Origin: Chrysomallon squamiferum
Lineage: Eukaryota > Animalia > Mollusca
Direction of reading: 5' to 3'
Length of the DNA: 64,000 nucleotides
NCBI GenBank assembly: GCA_012295275.1
Contig: CM022675.1
Location: 62,001-126,000, forward strand
Under the pieces are notes generated by a model, which had not been told where the DNA came from, did not search any database, and saw nothing but the letters and a program-made list of their open reading frames with translations. The position numbers and the translations under genes are program-made. Position 1 is the first letter of the stretch. Every line of letters starts with the position of its first letter. Shown here piece after piece: positions 36,644-63,619 of this stretch.

Positions 36644-37388
36644 AATAGTTACGTGAATGTTAGTAATGATTCAGATTACGAAACAGCAGAAGCGATTCAA
36701 GAAACTCGTCATGTTACTGAAGATAAACATAATGGCGGCGATTTCGACAAAACAGACGGGAAAAGAATGAAGACAAACACACCGAAGATACACAATAACA
36801 TCGATGATGATGGAGTTTACGATACGACAGACAGCAAAATACCGACAGCAACTTCATCGAATGTGTACCATCATCTTGGTAAACAAAACTTCGACGACTA
36901 CGACACAACAGAAGCCGTTGTTTCAAATTTCTGTGATTCCAGTTTATATAACCACACTGACGTAAATTCATCTCAGTATTCATTAAAAGCAGACGACATC
37001 AACTGTGAGAACGTAGATTAAGAACTGAATTTCTCTCAAAATGATGGAAATGTTTATTTCGTTCTCGAAGACGAAGATGTGCATAAAAATACAGATTAAT
37101 ATTTTTAAAATTAAAAAGTATTTCACATTTCATTTTATTATAACTATTTAAATTAATATTTTGTTTTGTTCATTTTTACATTGAACTAGATCTTCAAACA
37201 TTTTTGTTTTAATTATGTTAATTTATTTTTAATTTTAATATATTATTATTATTTAGATGTTACTGAGAAATTATCTTAAATTATATGAAAACAATAAAAT
37301 TTAAGAGTGATATACCTTTATCCTTTTCTTAATTGAAAAGAAAAAAAAACTTATATCAAGAGAAATAAACACATTGATACATTTATAT

Positions 37389-37462
37389 AAGAACTGAATT
37401 TCTCTCAAAATGATAGAAATGTTTATTTCGTTCTGGATGACAAAGATGAAAATACATCTTAA
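37389..37462 (+). pseudogene. Duplicated end of terminal exon (ELNFSQNDRNVYFVLDDKDENTS*)
   Basis: Direct similarity to ~518-594 and ~37020-37098, followed by a second copy of the 3' flank. Confidence 0.75.
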
Positions 37463-37493
37463 TATTTATATTAAAAAAATAATAATAGTAAAA

Positions 37494-37575
<82 letters not shown>

Positions 37576-38213
37576 TTTTAGAAATAACAGTAAATGTATG
37601 TATAATATCAACCATATCGCTACTAATTTCACATCAAATAACGAAAAAATCAATAAAATATTTGATGCAGCTTATTTTGAATTTAATAGTTCGTATATGT
37701 GTATCCTATCTATGCCATTCTGGTGCATGAAATTATTTCCATTGTTTATTCTCAGAAAATACTGAGGTGTTGCTTAGAAAATATTTGACATCTCAACATT
37801 TAATTTTATACTAAAATTATATTTTAACTATTTTACCTGTTGCTGTTATACTTTGTTCATTTATATGCTAAGTTAGACCTTCGCATATTATTTTAATTAT
37901 GTCAATTTATTTTTTATTTTTATATATTATTCATATTATTTATATCTACTCAGAAATTATCTTAAATTGTATGAAAACAATAACATTTAGGAATGATATA
38001 CGTTTCTCTTTTTTTTAATTAAAAAGGAAAAGCTTATATCTAGAGAAATAAACACAATGATTCATTTATGTAATGCTTTTCTAATAAGATACAATTTTCA
38101 CAACAATTCATCAAATTTATAAAGTAAGAGTAAATGATTTGACAACCAAAAGTAACAGCGCGCGTGCTCACACAGAAACACACACACACACGCACACGCA
38201 CCAACAAACACAG

Positions 38214-38785
<572 letters not shown>

Positions 38786-38810
38786 ACAGTAGGGGAAATG
38801 TGTAAATTAT

Positions 38811-38912
<102 letters not shown>

Positions 38913-38957
38913 CTGTCTCTCACAGTCCCACACACACACACACACACATATATATAT

Positions 38958-38988
<31 letters not shown>

Positions 38989-39058
38989 AACATATGCACA
39001 CACATAGAGAAAGAACTGGAAATGTATTTGTGTGTACAATGTTATTCTGTCTGTCTGT

Positions 39059-39093
<35 letters not shown>

Positions 39094-39193
39094 AATCTCT
39101 CTCTCACTAACATACACACACACATACCTACGCACATTGAGAAATAAATGGAAATGTATTTGTGTACAATTTCTCTCTCCATTTTGTTCTTTC

Positions 39194-39276
<83 letters not shown>

Positions 39277-39466
39277 TACATACTCTTATACACATCCACA
39301 CGTACGCAAATTCACACACAAACACAGAAACGCAAGCTTCAGATACACTACACTGTTCTATAAATAAGTAAACAAGGGAAGGTAAATCCTGTTATCACCT
39401 AACAACTATCTTTTACTCTGTTATCTTCTTCCTGGTCCAAGTCAGATGTTCACTGTACAATCCGCC

Positions 39467-46393
<6,927 letters not shown>

Positions 46394-47128
46394 ACAAAAC
46401 GTCGACGACTACGACACAACTGAAGCCGTTGTTCCAAATTTCTGTGATTCCAGTTTATATAACCACACTGACGTAAATTCATCTCAGTATTCATTAAAAG
46501 CAGACGACATCAACTGTGAGAACGTAGATGAAGAACTGAATTTCTCTCAAAATGATGTAAATGTTTATTTCGTTCTGGAAGATGAAGATGTATCCTCGTG
46601 GTATCAGTTTTGACGCAGATAAGCAACAATCTCGCGTTGTGCAGAAATAAAGATGTTTTTCTTGTTGTTACTGACAGAGACTGAACGTAATATATATATA
46701 GATATATATACATGACTAAAATATTAATGTTACATTCATTATATATTGCGTGTTTTTGTTTGTTTCTAGTTAGTATGTGTCTACTTTAACATTCATACTT
46801 TTTTAACGCGGTATGGGTTTTGACATAGAACATGTTAGTGAGTTGTATAAAAATAGACTGAAGTGGGCGTGGCCTAATTGTATGACAGTGTTCTGACTGT
46901 CAGCAGACGGCAATGTTTTGTGCAGTTTGTGAGTGAAATTCATTGTGAAACTTTGGAGATACGAGGTTGTTATGTATGTCTATAAATCGACTTATGAAAA
47001 ACAGTACTTTTAGCTACATGGTTATGTTAATTGTTTAAACTTACCGCAAACATGATAAGGAAGTATTGCTTTGTTTCGTAGGTGTAGAAAACATCCGTAA
47101 ACAAAATCTTCACTATGTGACGTCACAG

Positions 47129-47165
<37 letters not shown>

Positions 47166-47616
47166 TAATATGCGCACTTGTTATTACCGATACAATATTT
47201 ATTTTGCTCTGGATAACAAAGATGTACCACAAGATACAGCTTAATACTTATAAAATGATTTTCTACATTCTTAGAAATAACAGAAAATTTATAGTTGATA
47301 TCAACCATTTTTCTTGACTCTATCTATTCCACATCAAAGCCTTATTTTAAATTTAATATTTGTAAAAACATATTCTGTCCATGCCATTTTCCTGTAAGAA
47401 ATTGTTTCCACTGTTTGATATCTGAAAATAATATCATTATTGATATATCGTTTAAAAATGTTTTATTTAAATATCTAAACAAATTTATTCTGAAATCACA
47501 CCTTAACTATTTTAGCTGTTAATATACTTTGTTCTTTCATATACTGATTTACACCTTCAATCATTTTAATTTGAATTATGTTAATTTATTTTTAATTGTT
47601 ATATTATTATTAGTAT

Positions 47617-47669
<53 letters not shown>

Positions 47670-47832
47670 TTATTATAGACAGAGATTCTATATGATCGTT
47701 TTAAAGTTAGAAAAGTTATAAATATTTCTCGGATGGAGATATATAATTTGTTTACTGGAAACACATCATGCATAAATATTGTAAATACACCCATGTGAAA
47801 ATGAGGACGTATTTGTGCGTCTCAGTTTATTA

Positions 47833-47863
<31 letters not shown>

Positions 47864-48669
47864 GTGTACATATTCATGTATATATAAATTTGTTATTGTA
47901 TGTATACACAGGCATAATAGCAATATACATAACTCTTTGCTTGTGTACATATATACACACACAGACAAACACACACAGACAAACACACACAGACAAACAC
48001 ACACACACAGACAGACACTACAATTGAAAAACCACCTCTGAAAACAATTAAGTCCAGATCAAGGTGTAGCAGGTGCCCATCCCCCACAGATTACTACAAA
48101 CATTTGCAATAACTTGTTTGTTCAGCAAGTCTTTGTAGTGATGTCATTTACAGTCAGAGTATTTACTTTGTTGCAGACACATCTCTGACTGAACACTGAC
48201 AACATGGCCACATAGTGAGTTCAACAAACAAAACATACAGTAACATGATTAATTAAATCTTGTTTATGAAAGAAATGTGAGCAACTTATTTCCTTATAGG
48301 TTAAAACCAGTATCTTGTCTAATTACAATTAGTGTTAGGTGACATTAGTACAAACACACACAAGTATACAAACTCTATGCTTAAGAAAACTCTTTAAATA
48401 AACCATTTATTTTGGACTGACATATAATTGTTATATTGAAGATTGTACCTTTACTCACATGCTCACACAAACATCTACATACTTGTACAAACCCATACTA
48501 AGTATATGTGACTCCAAGCAACAAACACCTCAACTAGTTGCAGTAGACTGAATAATTAAGAACATAACTGAAACTATTGTTCTCTGTAGTTATCTAAACC
48601 ATGTCATTAATTTCATTCGGTTTTGTTTTTGTTGTGACATTTTCCTACGCCATATCCTAGGTGTTTCCC

Positions 48670-48884
48670 GTCCCATATTCAGGGTGGATATATAGTCCAC
48701 GTTTTCTATAGTTCACTGGCTTCTCTCCTAAAAACTGTGCAGAACAAACCCTCATGTTTCCAGTGGCATTAAAATATTTTTCATTTAGGTGTGAAGCGAT
48801 TACTCACAAACGTTTGCGATATTCATTTCCCGTTTTTCTTCGACTGGGACAGTTAATAAGTGAACAATGGTCATGACCTCCCAT
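48670..48884 (-). mobile_element. Second copy of THAP relic (internal stop)
   Basis: MGGHDHCSLINCPSRRKT..RKRL*VIASHL..NMRVCSAQF..(frameshift) DYISTLNMG; part of duplicated block 16280-17285 / 48015-49030. Confidence 0.65.
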
Positions 48885-49039
48885 TACAGCATGATAGCTT
48901 TTGTCCACCGATTTGTAAGTAGGACTATTTTCGCGATATCTCGCGAGATCTCGCGATCTGCGTCCTCGAATTACCCAGCAATGCGCACATGCGCAGTGAA
49001 ATTTATCAGTATATAAATGACTAAACATAAACCTGTTTG

Positions 49040-49182
<143 letters not shown>

Positions 49183-49574
49183 GCTGAGTGTGTGTATTTG
49201 TGTTTCTAATATTGCGGTCTCTGTCGCTGTTATTCTCTTTTTCTCCATTTCACACACATACAGCTTTACCCGCATCATTCACGCTCTATGTACACAAGCC
49301 AAACACTACAATTGACCTTTGAAATGATGTCAGATACAAACACGTTGTTATAGATAAATATATTTTCATTACTGCATGCCGCTTTCTTTCTTTCTTTCTT
49401 TCTTTCTTTGAGTAGAAGAACAAGAACAGCAACAAGAGCAAATATTACCAGCGCTTTATTTTTTATTTTGTTTATTTCTTTGGTGTTTTTTTTGTATTTA
49501 TGTTTTAATTTTTTATTTTTGTATTATTTGTTTTTTCTTCGTGTGTGTGTGTGTGTGTCTGTGTGTGTGTGTCT

Positions 49575-49994
49575 GTGCACTGTTTAAGTTGAAATTGACA
49601 TCGGTAACAAGAAGACAAAGGACCAGTTTTCAAACATTCATTTTATTGCCATGGAAACCGTGTGTTTATTTTTTTTCCTTGCGATTATTATTTGTCTGCG
49701 TGCGTGCGTGCGTGTGTGTGTGTGTATGTATGTATGTATGTTGTATTTTATTGTATTGTATGTATGTATCAAACATTCATTGTATTGTATGTATGTATGT
49801 ATGTATTGTATTGTATGTATGTATGTATGTATGTATGTATGTATTGTATTGTATTGTATGTATGTATGTATGTATGTATGTATGTATGTATGTATTGTAT
49901 TGTATGTATGTATGTATGTATGTATGTATGTATTGTATTGTATGTATGTATGTATTGTATTGTATTGTATGTATGTATGTATTGTATTGTATTG

Positions 49995-50026
<32 letters not shown>

Positions 50027-50508
50027 TGTATTGTATTGTATTGTATTGTATGTATGTATGTATTGTATTGTATTGTATGTATGTATGTATGTATGTATGT
50101 ATTGTATTGTATTGTATTGTATGTATGTATGTATGTATGTATGTATGTATGTATTGTATTGTATTGTATTGTATTTGTATGTATGTATGTATGTATGTAT
50201 GTATGTATGTATTGTATTGTATTGTATTGTATTGTATGTATGTATGTATTGTATTGTATTGTATGTATGTATGTATTGTATTGTATGTATGTATGTATGT
50301 ATTGTATTGTATGTATGTGTCTGTGTGTGTGTGTGTGCGTGCGTGCGTCGGTTTGAAAAAGGTGTCTTCCAATGTAAAACTGAATTGGCAGATCACGACG
50401 GCGCGATTATTAATGCATTTCAGTTTCAATGTTTTTTATTTATTTTTTATTTTTTTTTATTCATTTAGAAAATAAATAAATAAACAAACAAACAAATAAA
50501 CAAAAACA

Positions 50509-50573
<65 letters not shown>

Positions 50574-50771
50574 TAATAACAACAATAATGATGATGATGA
50601 TGATGACGACGACGATGATGATAATAATAATAATAATAATAATTATAATAATAATAAATAATAATAATAACACTAATAATAATAATAATAACAATAATAA
50701 TTATAATAATAATAATAATACATAATAATAATAATTATTATAATAATTATAATAATAATAATAATAATAAT

Positions 50772-50822
<51 letters not shown>

Positions 50823-51070
50823 TAAAACAACAACAACAGTAATAATAATAGGCAGTGGACGGATGAAGCCCGACGGCTTTTTTCCTTTTCTCTCGTCCGC
50901 CGAGTGGAGCCGAGCCGAGCCGACCCGACCTGACCCGACCTGGCCCGAGTGTAGCCGAACGGAGCTGAGCGGAGCTGACATCGGTTCCCATGACAACGGC
51001 ACGAGACGAACGTTAGAAAACTGTGTCTCGGTACTCGCTACCGATGTCAATTTCGCCTTAAAGACTGCAC
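49575..51070. mobile_element. Non-autonomous element bounded by ~90-bp imperfect inverted repeats with internal microsatellites
   Basis: Left GTGCACTGTTTAAGTTGAAATTGACATCGGTAAC..CAGTTTTC..CATGGAAACCG is mirrored by right CGGTTCCCATGAC..GAAAACTG..GCTACCGATGTCAATTTCGCCTTAAAGACTGCAC. Partial copies at 27980-28265 and 31060-31680. Confidence 0.65.
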
Positions 51071-51316
51071 AAAAATAAAGAATAATAAAATATATATTTT
51101 GACAGTGACACTTTACAGTCCAACACCACGAAAGACGAAAGGCTGTTCACAACAACAACAACAATAACAACAACAATAGCAGCTGCATCAGCACCACAAC
51201 CACCACCACTACTACCACTACCAACAACAACAGCAACAGCAACAGCAGCAACAATAATAATGCTAATTTCATACAAAATGACTCCTGAACGCAGGATAAC
51301 TACGAAACCTTTCTAT

Positions 51317-51350
<34 letters not shown>

Positions 51351-51378
51351 GTTACTACTACTACTACTACTACTACTG

Positions 51379-51459
<81 letters not shown>

Positions 51460-51540
51460 TTACTACTACTACTACTACTACTACTACTATTAATTGTTTT
51501 TGTTTATTTATTTATTTATATTAGTAGTGTAGTACTACTA

Positions 51541-52234
51541 CGGGGTTACGTTCTTTACCCCTACGAATAGCGAAAACCGCGAATATTGGATGCAGTTTTA
51601 AAACGTCTATTATGAGATTATATACGGTACTAAATGCTTCCCAAACACTTTCTAAAGACACTCTTACTCATTAATACAGTAATAATGTAGTAATATTGCA
51701 TGCAGTTTGTGTACTCACTAATGTAGTAATGATAATGTAAACACATTTTAATTTTGTACTGAAACAATATTTTAATCAGAAAGAAACGTAAGTACATGAG
51801 GACAGTAACACCGCATAGCATAGTTACCCATACTGTATTACTGTACCGTAAAGTCATTTTCTACTACAACATATGTATTAGAATTGACAGAAAGTGGAAC
51901 AAATTTAAAGGCAAACAGACAGATAAATACAGTACGCACAGTTCAGGTAATAATAATACAATTCAGTAATAATATGCAATTAAAAACATTATTAATACAC
52001 GGTCACAAAAATATGCACTGTACATACAGTGTATGCATTTATAAAAAATACGTACTGTATTGCAATAATAATTGAAAAAATTTGATATTGTTTGTGCGGT
52101 TTACCGAGCATTTGTTTTTATGACGTTATGACGCTCGCCTGGTATACCAGCATACGATGCGATAGGGTTAAGAGCCTAACCCGCGAATATGCGGGGCCGC
52201 GAATGGGGAACCGCGAACAGGTGAGGGTGTACTG
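51541..52234. mobile_element. Tigger/pogo-like (Tc1/mariner) non-autonomous element inserted in F intron 1
   Basis: Right end ..CCGCGAACAGGTGAGGGTGTACTG|TA with repeated CCGCGAA subterminal motifs; left end truncated (CGGGGTTACGTTC..AAAACCGCGAAT). Absent at the homologous D site (~32080). Confidence 0.65.
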
Positions 52235-52509
52235 TAATTCTCTTTTTTTAATAATAAAAAATAACAAATAATTGTTTTTTAAATATAATATAATAGAACA
52301 AGAATAATAACAAAACAACAAAAAATATATATAAAATTGATAATTCTCTTAAAATGAAGACATATTATATTAGATCAAACATTAAGTGTACCTATACAGT
52401 TTCAGTAAAATATTAGAAAGAAAAATAAACTGAAATGTTCGCTTCTATTTCACTTAAATATTTTGCAATTTTATTCGTATTAAACATAAAATGAATTAAC
52501 TTTATAAAA

Positions 52510-52553
<44 letters not shown>

Positions 52554-52655
52554 ACTAGAAATTTGTGTTATGATTTTATCGAACGAGGGAATAGCTAAAA
52601 GTTGATCACTTATTATCCCCGAAATATTTCTGCTCAGTATATTTTCAATACGTAG

Positions 52656-57850
<5,195 letters not shown>

Positions 57851-58677
57851 ACAAAACGTCGACGACTACGACACAACAGAAGCCGTTGTTTCAAATTTCT
57901 GTGATTCCAGTTTATATAACCACACTGACGTAAATTCATCTCAGTATTCATTAAAAGCAGACGACATCAACTGTGAGAACGTAGATGAAGAACTGAATTT
58001 CTCTCAAAATGATGGAAATGTTTATTTCGTTCTGGAAGACGAAGATGCACCTGAAAATACAGCTTAATATTTATATTAAAAAGAAATAATAATTCTTTGA
58101 AATAACAGTAAATGTATATAGAATATCAACTATATCTCTACTAATCCCACATCAAATAACAAAACAAATCAATAAAATATTTCATGCAGCTTATTTTGAA
58201 TTTAATAGTTGGTTAATGTGTGTCATCTCTATGCCATTCTCCTGCAAGAAATTATTTCCATTGTTTATCCTCAGAAAGTAATATCATTTGTGGTGTTGAT
58301 TAAAAAACATTTCAGTTTTATTTTATACTAAAATTATATTTTAACTATTTTACCTGTTGATGTTATACTTTGTTCATTTGTATACCTTGTTAGACCTTCA
58401 CATATTATTATGTTAATTTATTTCTTATTTTTATATATTATTCTTATTATTTATATCTACTGAGAAATTATATTAAATTGTATGAAAACAATAAAATTTA
58501 AGAATGATAGAACTTTGTCTCTTTTTTAATTAAAAAGAAAAATGTGTGTATCTATTTATGTAATGCTTTTCACAACAATTCATCAAATTTATTAAGTAAA
58601 AATAAATGACTAGACATAACCAAACACACACACACACACACACAGAGAGAACATAATACGGACATCTCTAATACGGA

Positions 58678-58730
<53 letters not shown>

Positions 58731-58736
58731 CTCTCT

Positions 58737-58938
<202 letters not shown>

Positions 58939-59498
58939 GCTCTCTCTCTAACCTTTGTGGCAAACAACAGTTACAGAGAGAAACAATGTATATGTGTGTG
59001 CGTACTTGTATGTGTACATGCATATATGAGTGTATGTATATGTGCGTATGTCCTTGTTTAGGTATATGACATAGATAACTGTATATACAGATATAGATTA
59101 ATACACACCAATATACAAAGTGTATGTACGTGCGTGTGTCCTTGTTTAGGTATATGTTTGTGAATGCTAGAACACGTATAGTTTCTTAACAATGTGTGCG
59201 TGTGTGCGTGTCTGCATAGATATAATTTATTGAATAACAATTAAAACTGATATTTTGTACGTATGGTGAACAGTCCCCCGGTAATCCATTTTCAAGTACA
59301 AATTACCGTATTAGCCACTACGAGGTGGGGGTGTCATCACTCACCAGGTGACTCCGTGTCGCTGCATTTTAGGTACAATTTATTAAAACAATGGTGAGGA
59401 ATCATCTAAAATTTACTTTGAATTCAAACCGTATACGACACATAGCAAATAACTATCTCTATTGTTAATATTGTTTTATTATTAAACTAAGTGATATA

Positions 59499-59719
<221 letters not shown>

Positions 59720-59975
59720 TATGTCCGTATTAATCCATTGGTTATATATTGTTATAAGTAAACTATTATTGATTGTGTGGATAAATCGTTGTATGTGTTT
59801 ATATTTCAGTCACTGTTTGTGTTTCAGTTGTCTTTCCAGAATTAAAAACACCTTTCATTAAACATTTTCCATAGTTACGTATCAGTCCATATTGGTGTCA
59901 GTTTATATCTGTAGGTATGTATCAGCCTATATCTGTCTCTCTCTGAAGCTGGGTCTCAATCTATACACGTTTCTC

Positions 59976-60295
59976 CGTTATCTGTAGCTGTGAATTGCTA
60001 TATGTACTATATGTCTGTATCACTATCTGACTCTCTGACTCTCTCTTTATCTGCAGGAGTGTATCAATCTGTATCTCTCGTTATCTGTAGCTGTGAATTG
60101 CTATATGTACTATATGTCTGTATCACTATCTGACTCTCTGACTCTCTCTTTATCTGCAGGAGTGTATCAATCTGTATCTCTCGTTATCTGTAGCTGTGAA
60201 TTGCTATATGTACTATATGTCTGTATCACTATCTGACTCTCTGACTCTCTCTTTATCTGTAGGAGTGTATCAATCTGTATCTGTCTTTATCTGTA
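59976..60295. repeat. 103-bp tandem repeat x3
   Basis: Units start at 59976, 60079 and 60182 (CGTTATCTGTAGCTGTGAATTGC...). Confidence 0.85.
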
Positions 60296-61256
60296 GGCTT
60301 GTCTGAATCTATATGTGTCTTCTTTGTCCATAACTGTGTATTAATGTCTCTCTGTATCTGTGGTTTCCTGTAGGTGTATCTATCTTTGTATATTGGTGTG
60401 TATTAATCTATATCTGTATATATAGTTATCTATTAGTGTATATTAATCTCTGTCTGTATCTGTAGGTGTGTATTAATCTATATCTTAACTATGGTTATCT
60501 ACAGGTGTATATTAATGTAAATCTGTATATCTAGTTATCTACAGGTTTCCATTAATCTATATCTGTATCTGTCATTATCTGTAGGTGTGTATTAATCTAT
60601 ATCTGTATATCTAGTTATCTATAGGTTTCCATTAATCGGTATGTTCCCAAAACTGGCAGACTCTAGATTAGGTAAGCGGTGAGGTGTTGTAGTCCGCTTC
60701 CAGAAATGGGAAAACTGGCGTGAGCAATTAAGGCCAATTTAGACGCATGGGGATAACGCGATGTGTGAAGAACAGAGGTGAACCGGAATAGAAATTGGAA
60801 GAAAATTAATGTTTGGAGAAAGGAATACTACCAGAAGACAAGCACAAGCTCTTCCAGCTGGGACTGGAGTACGTCACGTGTACCCGGGACACGGCTTCCT
60901 ACTTGTCAGCTTGCGGTGGAGAGTTTTCTGGGACATTTTGTGTGTAAAGTGTGACTGAATGTGCTTTCAAATTGTGGACAAAATACTGTTTAACAAAAGT
61001 ACATAAATTAAGGTGACGGAACACCAATTAAAAAGGGTGAGCAATAAACTGCCAGAAATGGAACAACTGGCGTGTCCGATTAAGATGTGTTATAATTTCA
61101 CTGCCAGATTCGGTAATAAACTGCTTTTCCTTCATATTCGGCCAGCAGATTTGTATCTAATCGTGTTTCAAAACTGTTCTTTTTCAAAACATTATTTTAT
61201 TTCTTTTTTGTGTTATATTTAGATAATTTTATTACTTTATTTATTTGTGTAATAAT

Positions 61257-61301
<45 letters not shown>

Positions 61302-61411
61302 TTACTATTTCACTTATTATTATTGTTGTTACTGCTGATGTTGTTTATCTTTTTTTATTTTGTAATATGTAAAATATCATCAACTTGGGACAGCATTAAC
61401 ACACTTTGCCA

Positions 61412-62732
61412 TCAGACACTCAGCAGATCGCTGTGAATGTGTGAGACACTCAGCGAATCGCTGTGAATGTGTCAGACACTCAGCAGATCGCTGTGAATGT
61501 GTGAGACACTCAGCAGATCGCTGTGAATGTGTGAGACACTCAGCAGATCGCTGTGAATGTGTGAGACACTCAGCAGATCGCTGTGAATGTGTCAGACACT
61601 CAGCAGATCGCTGTGAATGTGACAGACACTCAGCAGATCGCTGTGAATGTGTCAGACACTCAGCAGATCGCTGTGAATGTGTGAGACACTCAGCAGATCG
61701 CTGTGAATGTGTGAGACACTCAGCAGATCGCTGTGAATGTGTGAGACACTCAGCAGATCGCTGTGAATGTGTCAGGCACACAGCAGATCACTGTGAATGT
61801 GTGAGACACTCAGCAGATCACTGTGAATGTGTGAGACACTCAGCAGATCGCTGTGAATGTGTGAGACACTCAGCAGATCGCTGTGAATGTGTGAGACACT
61901 CAGCAGATCGCTGTGAATGTGTCAGGCACACAGCAGATCACTGTGAATGTGTGAGACACTCAGCAGATCACTGTGAATGTGTGAGACACTCAGCAGATCG
62001 CTGTGAATGTGTGAGACACTCAGCAGATCGCTGTGAATGTGTGAGACACTCAGCAGATCGCTGTGAATGTGACAGACACTCAGCAGATCGCTGTGAATGT
62101 GTCAGACACTCAGCAGGTCGCTGTGAATGTGACAGACACTCAGCAGATCGCTGTGAATGTGACAGACACTCAGCAGATCGCTGTGAATGTGACAGACACT
62201 CAGCAGATCGCTGTGAATGTGTCAGACACTCAGCAGATCGCTGTGAATGTGACAGACACACAGCAGATCGCTGTGAATGTGTCAGACACAGAGCAGATCG
62301 CTGTGAATGTGTCAGACACTCAGCAGATCGCTGTGAATGTGTCAGACACTCAGCAGATCGCTGTGAATGTGACAGACACACAGCAGATCGCTGTGAATGT
62401 GTCAGACACACAGCAGATCACTGTGAATGTGTCAGACACACAGCAGATCACTGTGAATGTGACAGACACAGTAGATCACTGTGAATGTGACAGACACTCA
62501 GCAGATCACTGTGAATGTGACAGACACACAGCAGATCGCTGTGAATGTGTCAGACACTCAGCAGATCGCTGTGAATGTGTCAGACACTCAGCAGATCGCT
62601 GTGAATGTGACAGACACTCAGCAGATCGCTGTGAATGTGTCAGACACACAGCAGATCGCTGTGAATGTGTCAGACACACAGCAGATCACTGTGAATGTGA
62701 CAGACACAGCAGATCGCTGTGAATGTGTCAGA
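61412..62732. repeat. 30-bp minisatellite (AGACACTCAGCAGATCGCTGTGAATGTGT(G/C))n, ~44 units
   Basis: Highly homogeneous tandem array with two shortened units near 62470 and 62705. Confidence 0.95.
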
Positions 62733-62749
62733 TATAGTGCAGTCCTCTC

Positions 62750-63420
62750 AGCCCCTTGGACTCCATTTCTCCAACCCTGGCTGCCCAGTCCACCACTGGT
62801 CACCTTGTAAACAAACCAACCCTCCCCCACACTTTAATACCCCAACTGTCCCTGTGCCCCTCCCATCTCCTTCCTCACTCCCTTTTGTACCCAGCTGTCA
62901 AAAGAAGGTGAGGGATGGGGTGGGATAGCACACAGTTGTATTGTCCATCCTTGTCCAGTCCTGTCCAGTCCTGTCCATTCCAGTCACATCACATTCCGCC
63001 TCTTTGCACTTCTCACTTTCCCTTCCCCAACCATTCCTTACCTTTGTCTTCCCTCCCCCCTACACACACTTCTCCCTTTCTCACCCCTCCCACCCACTCT
63101 CGCTACCTGTTACTGGTGTTCTGTTTTTTAGGTTAATTGGGGCTGAGGGACTCTGCCTGTCTGACTAGGGTCCACATGAATATTATACTGCTTTATCTCG
63201 TCTCCCACCCATCCCCACCCATCCTGACCCTTACCTCCCGTTTTGACCAGTTATCTCTGTCAGTCTACTTTGCTGTAACGTCTGGTCCTCCCTCATCCAT
63301 CTCCCCCACCCTTAATCTCCCTCCTTACCCTTCCCTCCTCTTTCCCACCCCACCTTGTTTCCTTACCAGCCCCTCCCTTTCTTCCCTCCCATCCCCTCTG
63401 TGCCCCCAGCCCTCTACATG
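62750..63420. repeat. C-rich polypyrimidine low-complexity tract
   Basis: Many CCC/CCCC runs with T; G-rich on the minus strand. Confidence 0.6.
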
Positions 63421-63488
63421 AGTGTATGTGGATTTTCTGAATGAGGGATTCAAAATAAAATGAAATAATAATAATAATAATAAAAATG

Positions 63489-63571
<83 letters not shown>

Positions 63572-63581
63572 AATAATATTA

Positions 63582-63619
<38 letters not shown>

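Noticed and set aside
61790-62700. RAG RSS heptamers (CACTGTG) in the 30-bp array suggesting V(D)J-like rearrangement
   Set aside because: No nonamer at 12/23 spacing and not adjacent to receptor exons; a simple repeat variant.
61412-62732. CRISPR-like array or Cys-rich metallothionein-like protein (347-aa ORF)
   Set aside because: Units are contiguous with no unique spacers in a eukaryotic context. The ORF arises from a stop-free 30-bp unit, lacks an ATG context and is broken by short units.
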